64,000 bases of DNA from a virus: UHGV virus genome UHGV-0091736; one strand, written 5' to 3'. This document shows positions 41,457 to 51,500 of the stretch, piece after piece; position 1 is the first letter of the stretch; every line of letters begins with the position of its first letter. The notes beneath the pieces are model-generated. The model was not told the origin of the DNA, searched no databases, and saw only the letters and a program-made list of their open reading frames with translations. A program made the translations under genes and the position numbers.

Positions 41457-41464
41457 ACAACACG

Positions 41465-42403
41465 CCATATGAGTCTATGGCTATATTCGCACAGTGCGTC
41501 ACACGTACACTCACAACTAAAGGTCTAGTTACAATTACAGCTACACCAGAGAACGGTTTAACTGAACTGGTAGATAAATTTATGAAAGGTGAAGGGGATG
41601 AGAACACAGGTTCTCTATATTTCCAGAATGCTTCTTGGTGGGATGCTCATGCAGACCTAGGTGGACATATCACTGACCAAGATATAAAAGATATGACTGA
41701 AGGTATTCCAGCGTGGCAGTTAGAGATGCGTTCGAAAGGTATGCCATTGTTAGGAAGTGGTTTGATATATGATGTATCGGATGACACAATTAAATGTGAA
41801 CCATTCGAAATTCCTGATACGTGGAAACGTGTCTGTGCAATTGATATTGGTATTGATCACCCAACTGCTGCTGTTTGGACAGCTTACGATGCAAACACGG
41901 ATACTGTCTATGTTTACGACTCATATAAAGAAGGTGGCTTTACTCCAGTGTATCATGCTCCAGCTATTAATGGTCGTGGTCAGTGGATTCCTGTCATCCT
42001 ACCGCATGATGCGGACAATATTGAGAAAGGTAGTGGATCATCTGTTGCTCAATTCTATAAGAATGCAGGAGTTAATGTACAGAGTGAGACCTTCTACAAC
42101 AAAATTGGAATGGATGGTAAAAAGAACTTCTTTGTAGAACCCGGAATCACAGATATCCGAGAAAGAATGATGAGTGGACGCTTTAAAATCTTTAACACAG
42201 CTGCTAACGCTAAGCTATTCGAAGAGAAAGCTAGATATCACCGCAAGGTTGGTAAGATTATTAAAGAACATGATGACTTAATGGATGCAATGCGCTATTC
42301 AGCGTGCTCTGTTACACATCGTGGTCGCTCTAAGCATGACGTTAGCTACGGAAGTGCTTCTCTGTATGAGGCAAACGTAAGCAGATGGAATCAGAGTTAC
42401 TAA
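41465..42403 (+). CDS. terL: terminase large subunit, exon 2 (ATPase C-motif and nuclease domain)
   Basis: ..TRTLTTKGLVTITATPENG.. (coupling motif) and CAIDIGIDHP.. (RNase H-like nuclease). Confidence 0.8.
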   Translation, partial: PYESMAIFAQCVTRTLTTKGLVTITATPENGLTELVDKFMKGEGDENTGSLYFQNASWWDAHADLGGHITDQDIKDMTEGIPAWQLEMRSKGMPLLGSGLIYDVSDDTIKCEPFEIPDTWKRVCAIDIGIDHPTAAVWTAYDANTDTVYVYDSYKEGGFTPVYHAPAINGRGQWIPVILPHDADNIEKGSGSSVAQFYKNAGVNVQSETFYNKIGMDGKKNFFVEPGITDIRERMMSGRFKIFNTAANAKLFEEKARYHRKVGKIIKEHDDLMDAMRYSACSVTHRGRSKHDVSYGSASLYEANVSRWNQSY

Positions 42404-42408
42404 AGTAA

Positions 42409-42438
42409 GGGGGAGGTTTGTCCTCCCTTCTTTTATTT
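42409..42438 (+). terminator. Rho-independent terminator (plus)
   Basis: GGGGGAGG-UUUGU-CCUCCCUU then CUUUUAUUU. Confidence 0.6.
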
Positions 42439-42464
42439 AAGCTATCAACCGAGGGAGAGAATCG

Positions 42465-44708
42465 ATGGCTAAGCAAAAATATAGTGAAGAGGTGTTGGAC
42501 GAGTTACGTGTTGACCTTCAACGTCGTTTTAATTACGCTCAAGGCTACGTGGACATGGCTGTTAAGGGCTATGCTCGTGAAGCTTGGGAATATTTCTATG
42601 GTAACTTACCTGCACCAGTAACTGCTGGCAGCTCTAGTTGGGTAGATCGTACTGTTTGGGAATCTGTTAACGGTACATTGCAAGATATTATTAACGTATT
42701 CTGTTCTGGTGATGAAGCAGTTACTTTCGTAGCTGACAACCAACAGGATTCTGATGCTGCTGATGTAGCAACTAAATTAGTCAACCAAATTCTTCTGCGT
42801 GACAATCCGGGATACAATATTATCTCTTCTGCTGCACAAGAATGTCTGGTTACTCGTAACTCTTTTATCAAATATTATTGGGATGAGCACACTTCTACTC
42901 AAACTGAAGAAGCTGAAGGTGTACCACCGGAAGCATTGGCTGCATATGTTCAGGGATTAGAAGCTGGTGGACTCAAGAATCTGGAAATCTTCACTGAAGA
43001 TAATGAAGACGGTACAGTAGATGTTAAAGTTACTTATGAACAAACTGTTAAACGTGTGAAAGTTGAATATGTTCCTTCAGAGCAAATCTTTGTTGATGAA
43101 CATGCTACCTCTTTTGCAGATGCACAATACTTCTGTCATCGTGTACGTCGTTCTAAAGAAGATCTGGTTGCTATGGGCTTCCCTAAAGATGAGATTGAAG
43201 CATTCAACGACTGGACAGACACGATGGACACCACTCAATCTACAGTTGCTTGGTCTCGTACTGACTGGCGTCAGGATATTGATGCTGATATTGGTACAGA
43301 TACCGAAGATATCGCTTCTATGGTTTGGGTTTATGAGCACTACATCCGTACTGGTGTTCTAGATAAGAATAAAGAGTCTAAACTCTATCAGGTTATTCAA
43401 GCTGGTGAGCATATCCTTCACACTGAAGAAGTAACTCACATTCCGTTTGTAACCTTCTGCCCGTATCCGATTCCGGGTTCCTTCTATGGTCAATCGGTCT
43501 ATGACATTACGAAAGATATTCAAGATTTACGTACCGCGTTAGTTCGTGGTTATATTGATAACGTCAACAATGCTAACTATGGTCGATACAAAGCTCTTGT
43601 TGGTGCATACGATCGTCGCTCTCTGCTTGATAACCGTCCCGGTGGAGTGGTTGAAATGGAACGTCAGGACGCTATTGACCTGTTCCCATACCATAACCTA
43701 CCTCAAGGTATTGACGGCCTCCTAGGCATGTCTGAGGAGCTTAAAGAGACACGTACAGGTGTAACCAAACTAGGCATGGGTATCAACCCTGATGTGTTTA
43801 AGAATGATAACGCTTATGCAACCGTAGGCTTGATGATGAATGCTGCACAGAACCGTCTCCGTATGGTATGTCGTAACATTGCTCACAATGGTATGGTTGA
43901 ATTGATGCGTGGTATTTACAGTCTTATCAGAGAAAACGGTGAAGTTCCTATTGAGGTACAAACACCTCGTGGTATGGTTCAGGTTAACCCTAAACAATTA
44001 CCAGCTCGTCATAATCTTCAAGTTGTTGTAGCTATCTCTCCTAATGAGAAAGCAGAACGTGCACAGAAACTGATTAGCTTGAAACAGCTGATTGCAGCAG
44101 ATGCACAGTTAGCACCTCTCTTTGGTTTGGAGCAAGATCGTTACATGACTGCACAGATCTTTGAGTTGATGGGTATTAAGGACACTCACAAATACCTTCT
44201 GCCTCTGGAACAGTATCAGCCTCCAGAACCTTCTCCGATGGAAATCCTCCAGCTCGAGATGACTAAAGCACAGGTTGAGAACGTACAGGCTTCTTCTCAG
44301 AAGATGATTGCTGATGCATTCGACCAACGTGAACGTACTACATTTGAACAGCAGAAAGCTGCGGATGAATTGAGTCTGCGTCAGGAAGAGTTGCAGTTCA
44401 AGCAAGAAAATGCAGCAGATGTTATGACTCTGGAAAACCGTAAAGAAGATAACAGCGCTACTCTGGAACAAGCTAAGCACAAGTTAGCTCTTATGCAACA
44501 GCAGGTCCGTCAATATGAATCTGTACTGAAAGAGTTGCAGATGGTTATGGAACATCAGGTTGACCAAGAGAAGCTTAATGAACAATCACGCATTCAAAAC
44601 AAGACTTTGGAACTCCAAAAGAAAGAAGCTAATGTAACTAAGAAAGAGCAACAAGCTTCTCTCAAAGATTCACGGATTCCAGGCAAACGTCTTGGAAGTA
44701 AAAAGTAA
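42465..44708 (+). CDS. portal protein (747 aa) with long C-terminal coiled coil
   Basis: Size and position after terL. Coiled-coil tail rich in Q/E/K. Confidence 0.7.
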   Translation: MAKQKYSEEVLDELRVDLQRRFNYAQGYVDMAVKGYAREAWEYFYGNLPAPVTAGSSSWVDRTVWESVNGTLQDIINVFCSGDEAVTFVADNQQDSDAADVATKLVNQILLRDNPGYNIISSAAQECLVTRNSFIKYYWDEHTSTQTEEAEGVPPEALAAYVQGLEAGGLKNLEIFTEDNEDGTVDVKVTYEQTVKRVKVEYVPSEQIFVDEHATSFADAQYFCHRVRRSKEDLVAMGFPKDEIEAFNDWTDTMDTTQSTVAWSRTDWRQDIDADIGTDTEDIASMVWVYEHYIRTGVLDKNKESKLYQVIQAGEHILHTEEVTHIPFVTFCPYPIPGSFYGQSVYDITKDIQDLRTALVRGYIDNVNNANYGRYKALVGAYDRRSLLDNRPGGVVEMERQDAIDLFPYHNLPQGIDGLLGMSEELKETRTGVTKLGMGINPDVFKNDNAYATVGLMMNAAQNRLRMVCRNIAHNGMVELMRGIYSLIRENGEVPIEVQTPRGMVQVNPKQLPARHNLQVVVAISPNEKAERAQKLISLKQLIAADAQLAPLFGLEQDRYMTAQIFELMGIKDTHKYLLPLEQYQPPEPSPMEILQLEMTKAQVENVQASSQKMIADAFDQRERTTFEQQKAADELSLRQEELQFKQENAADVMTLENRKEDNSATLEQAKHKLALMQQQVRQYESVLKELQMVMEHQVDQEKLNEQSRIQNKTLELQKKEANVTKKEQQASLKDSRIPGKRLGSKK

Positions 44709-44717
44709 GGACGTCGA

Positions 44718-44954
44718 ATGAACATTAGGCATCAATTCAATAAAGAGCACGCCGCCGCTTTGGCGGCTCTCAATCTTAACGGCAGTCTTGACGCAGCATT
44801 AGAGGCATTGAAAGAAAGACTCATGACAGAGATAGTTCAAACAGAACCTCATGAGAATAAGAAACGCGAAGATTGTTATCAAAAGTATAAAATGGTGGGT
44901 AGCTTAAAAGAGGTCATAAAAGCTGCTATCAATAGTGCAGGAGATGTTTCATAA
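44718..44954 (+). CDS. hypothetical head-associated protein (78 aa)
   Basis: ORF track; synteny. Confidence 0.5.
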   Translation: MNIRHQFNKEHAAALAALNLNGSLDAALEALKERLMTEIVQTEPHENKKREDCYQKYKMVGSLKEVIKAAINSAGDVS

Positions 44955-46039
44955 TGCCACAAGATAATTATATTGACCCGAACGATTTTAAATCTTTCCT
45001 CCAACTGGATGACCTGAAAGGTTCTTTCAAAGAAGAACTCGGTCGATTAGAATCTGAACAAGAACCAGAAGTGGACATTGACGATGAGTTCCCGGAAAAA
45101 GACGGTGACGATTTCGACTTTGATACCGACCTTCTCGGTGAAAGCGATGAGCTTAAGTTCGAAGATGAAGATGGTTGGGAAGATCGTGAAGAGGAAGGCG
45201 AAGTCGAAGAAGATGAGGAAGAATTTGATGAATCAGATGAAAACTCTGAAGCAGATGAGGACGACTCAAGCGATGCAGGATATGAAGATGATTCTGCTGA
45301 CGGTGAAGGTGAAGTCTTTGATGTAGACTACGAAACCGTTATCACCCTTCCTGATGGACGTGAGATGACTATTGAAGAACTTTCTAATGGCTATCTTACT
45401 GGTGCTGATATGACAGAACGAGAATCAACTCTTCAGCGTCATATGGAAGCATTTGAGGAACGTGTAGTAGGTTTGAAGGATGTATTAGAACTAGCGTCTT
45501 TAGAAGCAGACCGAGTAATTGAAGATTATAACGGTTTTGATTGGGACAAGCTTGCAGTAGAAGATCCTCAAGCATATGTTGAAAACAAACGTTTCCTAGA
45601 GAAGTACACAGCTCGCCGTCAACAGCTTGAACAGGCTCAGGTCCGTGTTAAGCAGGAAGCAGCAGCTAAAGAACAGGAAGCTTTCCAAGCCAAGAGCATT
45701 GAATGTGTTAATATTCTGAAACGTGAGATTCCAAATTGGGATGAAAACTTATATCAAAACTTAATGCAATACGCAATTGACTTAGGTGCTACTGAAGAAG
45801 AAGTATTGAAGGAAAACCGTCCGTCTATTTTCCTAGCTCTCCATAAAGCATACCAATTTGATAAAGGTAAGCAACAGGTGATGGCTAAGATTAAACGTCC
45901 CGGTGCTCCACGCAAGGTTGTGAAGTCTGATGCTGCAAAGTCTCGCACTTCCAATAAGCCCGACAACGCTAAGGTTGCCAAGGCATTCGCAGAGGGTCGC
46001 GTTAGTCACGAAGACGCATTCAAATTCCTCGTAGATTAA
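44954..46039 (+). CDS. putative scaffolding protein (acidic N-terminus, coiled coil)
   Basis: Sits between portal and capsid. D/E-rich region and helical C-terminal half. Confidence 0.6.
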   Translation: MPQDNYIDPNDFKSFLQLDDLKGSFKEELGRLESEQEPEVDIDDEFPEKDGDDFDFDTDLLGESDELKFEDEDGWEDREEEGEVEEDEEEFDESDENSEADEDDSSDAGYEDDSADGEGEVFDVDYETVITLPDGREMTIEELSNGYLTGADMTERESTLQRHMEAFEERVVGLKDVLELASLEADRVIEDYNGFDWDKLAVEDPQAYVENKRFLEKYTARRQQLEQAQVRVKQEAAAKEQEAFQAKSIECVNILKREIPNWDENLYQNLMQYAIDLGATEEEVLKENRPSIFLALHKAYQFDKGKQQVMAKIKRPGAPRKVVKSDAAKSRTSNKPDNAKVAKAFAEGRVSHEDAFKFLVD

Positions 46040-46079
46040 TCGACAAATTAATTATTAATAGTATAGGAGCTAACATAAC

Positions 46080-47138
46080 ATGGCTAATCCAACTTTATTT
46101 GTATCGTATGACCAGAATGGTAAAAAACTTTCTTTTGCTAACTGGATTTCTGTTCTGTCCCCTCAGGATACCCCGTTCGTATCCATGACCGGTAAAGAGT
46201 CTATCAACCAGACTATCTTTAGCTGGCAGACCGATGCACTGGCAAGCGTTGACGGTAATAACGCACACGTCGAAGGCTCTCGTGCTGAAGACGGCGAAAT
46301 GAAACCGACTGTTATCAAGTCTAACGTTACTCAGATTCTGCGTAAGGTTGTTCGTGTTTCTGATACTGCTAACACCACCGCTAACTACGGTCGTGGTCGT
46401 GAACTGATGTATCAGCTGGAGAAGAAAGGTAAAGAGATCAAGCGTGACCTCGAGAAAATCCTTCTGTCCGGTCAGGCTCGTACCGACGTTCTGGCTGACC
46501 AGTACCTGACTAACTCTGCAACTGATCCTGCTGTTGTTGGTCTGAATGACACCCATGCAGCTCGTAAGACTGGTGCATTCCAGTTCCTGTGTGCTCACGG
46601 TGGTCTGGCTGGTGGTGTTGTTGACAAGACCAAGAATGGTCCTGCTGACCCGGATACTGGTGCAGTAACTGTTAAAGTTGCACAGAATGCTTCTAACCTG
46701 ACCACTAACATTGGTTTCGACGAAGCTGATATCTTTGATATGACTCTGCAACTGTATACCGCTGGTTCTGAAGCAGATATCATCATGATTAACCCGGCTC
46801 ATGCTAAGATCTTCGCTGGTCTGCAAGAAAATACTCAGGGTTCACGTAAGCGTATCTTTGAGAACACCAAGCAGTTCATCTACGAAGTTAACAGCATCAC
46901 TGACCCGCTGGGTCAGAGCTACAAAATCATCGTTAACCGTTGGATGCCTACCGATGCAGTTTACTTCTTCCGTAGCGCTGACTGGACTCAGATGGTTCTC
47001 CGTGCTCCGAAACGTACTGAACTGGCTAAGGACGGTTCTTACGAGAAGTGGATGATTGAAATGGAAGTTGGTCTGCGTCACCGCAACCCATATGCTTCCG
47101 GCGTTCTGTTCACTGCTGCGGGAAAGGTGGCGGCGTAA
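46080..47138 (+). CDS. major capsid protein (352 aa, zero-frame product)
   Basis: Strong codon bias, GGAG RBS, and position. N-terminus MANPTLFVSYDQNGKK..SWQTD resembles capsid proteins of related podophages (memory). Confidence 0.75.
   Translation: MANPTLFVSYDQNGKKLSFANWISVLSPQDTPFVSMTGKESINQTIFSWQTDALASVDGNNAHVEGSRAEDGEMKPTVIKSNVTQILRKVVRVSDTANTTANYGRGRELMYQLEKKGKEIKRDLEKILLSGQARTDVLADQYLTNSATDPAVVGLNDTHAARKTGAFQFLCAHGGLAGGVVDKTKNGPADPDTGAVTVKVAQNASNLTTNIGFDEADIFDMTLQLYTAGSEADIIMINPAHAKIFAGLQENTQGSRKRIFENTKQFIYEVNSITDPLGQSYKIIVNRWMPTDAVYFFRSADWTQMVLRAPKRTELAKDGSYEKWMIEMEVGLRHRNPYASGVLFTAAGKVAA
47120..47126 (+). promoter_or_regulatory. -1 programmed frameshift slippery heptamer G GGA AAG
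   Basis: In-phase X XXY YYZ in the capsid frame, 12 nt before the capsid stop. The -1 frame is open into the Big_2 ORF. Confidence 0.65.
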
Positions 47139-47662
47139 CAGTAGACAGTGTGACTGTTAGCCCTGCGTCTTTAGCAAGTCTAGAGACAGGGGCTACTCGG
47201 CAGTTCACTGCAAGCGCGGAGAAAAGTGATGGTTCTACCGAAACAACTGGCTTTACTTGGTCAGTGACAGGAGGTGGTTCTATCACTCAGTCGGGTTTGT
47301 ATACTGCTCCGAGTGCGTCTCAATCCACTGATGTATCCATTACTGCAACTTTAGAAGGTGTTTCTGGTACAGCAACCATTTCTGAAATTGTTGCTCCTGC
47401 TCCTACTATTGTGAGTCGTGGGCCAATTACAGGTAAAGTAGGTGGTACTACCACTAACTTCAACACCATGTTTACTGTAACTAATTCTATTGCTGATGAT
47501 TATACACTTGTTGTAACTCCCGCAGAAGCTGGTACAATAAGCGCTAATAATTCGTTAAAATTAGATGCTGCTGCAAGTGGCGAAGTTACTGTTCAAGCTA
47601 GTTTGACAGCCACTCCGTCTATCAATGCAACATGCACTTTTACTGGTGTAACACCTGCTTAA
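47126..47662 (+). CDS. Ig-like (Big_2) domain extension, expressed as a capsid -1 frameshift fusion (about 527 aa total)
   Basis: -1 frame reads GKGGGVTVDSVTVSPASLASLETGATRQFTA... No SD precedes the GTG at 47150. Confidence 0.6.
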   Translation, partial: GGGVTVDSVTVSPASLASLETGATRQFTASAEKSDGSTETTGFTWSVTGGGSITQSGLYTAPSASQSTDVSITATLEGVSGTATISEIVAPAPTIVSRGPITGKVGGTTTNFNTMFTVTNSIADDYTLVVTPAEAGTISANNSLKLDAAASGEVTVQASLTATPSINATCTFTGVTPA

Positions 47663-47669
47663 AACTAGA

Positions 47670-47697
47670 CCCTGCCTTCGGGCGGGGTTTTTCGTTT
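47670..47697 (+). terminator. Rho-independent terminator (plus)
   Basis: CCCUGCC-UUCG-GGCGGGG then UUUUUCGUUUU. Confidence 0.7.
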
Positions 47698-47720
47698 TAA
47701 GACCTATACAAGCTAGTGTG

Positions 47721-47729
47721 TAATGTATA
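47721..47729 (+). promoter_or_regulatory. TAATGTATA promoter-like element
   Basis: Exact consensus, 34 nt before the 47763 ATG and just after the terminator. Confidence 0.55.
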
Positions 47730-47762
47730 TTCTTTGTCTACATATAACAAGGAGGACAACCT

Positions 47763-48515
47763 ATGGCAATGCCAGACGTTCAAAACCCAATCAATACCTA
47801 CGGATGGCTTAAGAAGGCTGTGTCCCTCTGGGCTGACCGTGATGACTCTGAATTTATCAATCAAATTCCAAACTTTATTAATTTTGCAGAGAAAGAGATT
47901 TATCGTAACTTACGTATTCCTCCTCTGGAAAAAGAAGTCTATCTAGGGATTAAAGATGGTATAGCTTATATTCCACCAGATTATCTAGAGGCTCAATGGA
48001 TGATGAGAGCTGTGGATGGTTCAATATTTCAAGTGACTTCTCCAGAAGAGATAAGCTATCGAAGACAGCATGGGGCTATTAACTCTTCACATTGGAATAA
48101 CCAACCTGTTAATTTTGCACGGTTTGGAGCACGCTTCTTATTCTACCCTAGAATCAATGCAGATGTTCCACATTACCCTGATGATGGTAGTCCGATTGTT
48201 CCAGCAGAGAACTCCGTAATTTTAAGCTATTATGCAGATCCTCCGGAGTTTCATGAAGATGGTGATACAAGTGCGATTCTCACTATTGCACCAGAACTTC
48301 TTTTGTATTTTACTCTGAGGCATGCATGTTTATTTGTTCAAGATGATAATGGGGTTCAAAAGTGGTCTGCTTTAGGTAAGGCTATTCTTGATGAGCTAGT
48401 AGAACAAAGTAAGAAACAAGAATACTCTGGTTCTCCAATTGCTATACCTAATAACATGTCTAGGCTCCAGAGCAGCTTGCCAGATGTTTATGGAATACGT
48501 ACCTCACGAATATAA
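47763..48515 (+). CDS. putative head-tail adaptor/connector protein (250 aa)
   Basis: Position after the capsid module. Functional call is tentative. Confidence 0.4.
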   Translation: MAMPDVQNPINTYGWLKKAVSLWADRDDSEFINQIPNFINFAEKEIYRNLRIPPLEKEVYLGIKDGIAYIPPDYLEAQWMMRAVDGSIFQVTSPEEISYRRQHGAINSSHWNNQPVNFARFGARFLFYPRINADVPHYPDDGSPIVPAENSVILSYYADPPEFHEDGDTSAILTIAPELLLYFTLRHACLFVQDDNGVQKWSALGKAILDELVEQSKKQEYSGSPIAIPNNMSRLQSSLPDVYGIRTSRI

Positions 48516-48524
48516 GGAGATTTT

Positions 48525-51500
48525 ATGATCAGTTATAACAACTCAGCACCTACATCTGTTAACAACGTAGGTCAGTTTGGTGCTACGGAAGGTTCTATTG
48601 GTGCTTATAAGTCAGCAGCTGAGTATGCGGCTGATGCTAAATATTGGGCGCTTCTCTCACAGACTAAGTATTCATCTGTAGAAGATATTCTAGCCGAAGT
48701 GGAACGTCTTTATGCTCAAGGACAGTTACTTGAGAGTGATATTAAACAGCTTAGAGATGACTTTGAAGCACAGGAACAAGTACTCTTAGGTTTGATTCAA
48801 TCCACAGGGACTGCAATTGACAATACCAATGCAGCTACAGAACTATCTAGAGAAGCTACACAAGAAGTACTTGCTCAGTTAGATATCATCTCTAACATGA
48901 CAGTTCAGACTGCACTACTCCCTCCGGGAAGCTTAGCAACTGGTTCCTATGATAACTCAACAGGCGTCTTTACTTTTGGTATTCCAGAAGGGCAACCCGG
49001 CCGTGATGGTACTGATGGAACAGTTAGCGATATTGGAAATGTTCCCGTTGGTGTTCCAGTTGTTGATGACTATGGATTCTATGTAGACAAGGACGACGGT
49101 GGGTTATACAGAGCTAATATGTCAGATATTGCCAATCTTGTTCCTTCTATCAGATCTATCTCTATCAATGGCGGCGCTGAGCAAACAGGTTCAGTGGTTT
49201 TTGATTCTGTCTCCACATTCAATGGACGTAAGGGTGCTGTAGTTCCTGCTACTGGAGACTACACAGCTGCTCAAGTGGGAGCTTTTAGTGTAACTAATAA
49301 CCTATCCGAAATAACCGACACAAGTGCAGCTATTACAAATATTGGACTCGCTGAGTATGGGATTGGTAGCCCTACCTTAACCACAGTGGAGGCTCTGGAC
49401 TGGCAAACATTTAATTTTGTCAATGGAGGTAACTATTCAACATTAATGTCGAATATTACAAATGCCCCTGCTGAGATAGCATATCCTGCCAATTTTGGGT
49501 TATATATTGAAGTCATTGGCGTACTTACAGGAGGAGGTGAGGTACGAGTGGTGCCACGGACAAACAATAATAACTACTACTCAGTTTTCTCTGTAAGGTG
49601 GACTGGAATAGTTGGTTCCCGAGTATTTACAGTACGAGAAGAGCTGTCTTCCGCTCGCCCTGTGACTATCTCTCAGGGTGGCACTGGATCTACTTCAGCA
49701 GAGAATGCTCGACTAGCTCTAGTTGCTGCAAAGAGTGGAGATAACTCTGATATCACCTCTATGACTAACAAGGTTACTTTCACACAACCTCCAGTGGTTC
49801 CCGATGCTGTAGATGATAATAATGCAGTTACTTTGAGACAATTGCGTAATAGTAGCGATTCTGATGGAGTCATAGCTAACAAACAAGCCATTGCCCGTAA
49901 GTTTGGTGTTGAGCAATCAGAGGTTGTTTACTTCTCCGCAGGAGCTGCACTAAGCGGCTATAAAGTCATCTATGACAAAGAGTCACAGAAGGCTTATTCT
50001 TTACCTACTGACCTTGATTCAGATGTTACTGCTATTAGTCTTAGTACTGCTGGGGTGCTAGTTCATTCTGCTGGTAATGTGGACTTGGGTGGATTAGCAG
50101 TTACTCGTGAAGAGTATGTTACTTTACCAGGTTCATTTTCTACCGGGGTAACTGTTAATACTAAGAACGAGTTGGTTGTGTTTACTGATGGTAAATATCG
50201 TTGGGAAGGTACTTTACCTAAAGTGGTTGCTGCTGGTTCAACTCCTGCATCAACGGGGGGTGTTGGTTCTGGTGCTTGGGTCAGTGTTGGTGTTATTTCA
50301 CTAAGAACAACGATTTCTTCCACTACAGGTTCCACACTAGTTGGATATAAATATAAGTTGGAAAATTCTGCAAGTATCCGTAATGTTGCTGATGTTCTAA
50401 ATGAACGGGTCAGTCTTTGGGATTTCCACTGTGACTCATCGGGTAATATTATTCAGCCGGGACCTTCCATTGACAGTCGCCCGTATTTGCAGAATGCAAT
50501 TGATTTTGTTAGTTCTGTTGGTGGGGGTACTTTACTCATTCCTCAGGGTTACACTTGGTATCTGAATAGCATTAGCACAGGCCCCGTCTCTGGGCATAGC
50601 GGACTCATCCAGCTTAAGAGCAATGTAAGCATCAAGCTGGACGGCACAGTTAAAGTAGGTCCTGCCTTAGCTAACAGTTCCTTCCAAGTCTTCGTGGGAT
50701 TCACTGATGGTAATCCAGCTAACTCTGGTAACCTAGATAACTGCCATATATTTGGTGAAGGTAGTATTGACTTCGGGGGTTATGACTTCGCTGACGCAGG
50801 TCACTTGCGTAATGGTATCGCGTTTGGTAAGGGGTACAACTGTTCAGTAGACGGTATTACGTTCGTTAACGGTGACGTTACATGGGGTATAACTCTTGGA
50901 TGGAACGGTTACGGTTCAGACTCGCACGTCCGCAACTGCCGCTTCATTAACCTTATCCAGAGTGAAGTTAACCGTGACCATAGTACTGTTTACGTTAACT
51001 GCCCATTCAGTGGAGTTAGCAACTGCACATTCCGTGCAAGCTCTGCGCGTGCCAAGGTAATTGCGTGTACGGTGGAACTGCATCAGCAGAACACCTACTA
51101 CCGCAACAGTATCATCTCAGGTTATACACGTGGATGTTATGTAGCCCTGCATGGTGCTGAGTCTGCTGGTGCAGGTGCCTATCTGTATAATGCCGAAGTA
51201 TCTGGGGTCATCGGAGATATCTCTGGTCAGGCTGTCATATTAGCGGCAGGCCCAGATGATACAGCTACTACATACATTAATGGTCTTACGGTATCTAACT
51301 GTCGATTCACTGCTGGAAACCACCCGGGTATGTGCAGCTTCATCGACTTCTTCCAAGACGATAACTCTGACTCAAGTCAGTACCGCATCAATCACGTTAC
51401 GGTTAAAGGGTGCAGCTTCATTGTCGATAGGGGCCGTTCTCTTAGTGCAGCCATTACCCTGAACGGTAGCATTCAAGGCATCACCTTCCAGGATAACTTC

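Larger units (their letters stand above)
40691..41464 (+). mobile_element. Group I intron (774 nt) with HNH ORF in terL
   Basis: 5' exon ends GAGGAU. IGS GUCCUC at 40717-40722. R GUUCAACGACUAU at 40817-40829. S GAUAUAGUC at 41388-41396. CUGCAUG-GAAA-CAUGCAG at 41401-41418. Omega-G at 41464. In-frame junction is ..WLDEED|PYESMAIF... Confidence 0.8.

Noticed and set aside
41769-42137. 122-aa alternative-frame ORF inside terL exon 2 (and 42418-42621 overlapping the portal start)
   Set aside because: These are embedded in well-supported genes, have biased composition and lack an RBS.
46095-46826. 243-aa ORF antisense to the major capsid gene
   Set aside because: It lies entirely inside, and antisense to, a strongly supported and highly codon-biased gene. 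The predicted protein is low-complexity (S/T/V/N/Q-rich) and has no RBS. This is typical of stop-codon depletion opposite RNY-biased genes.
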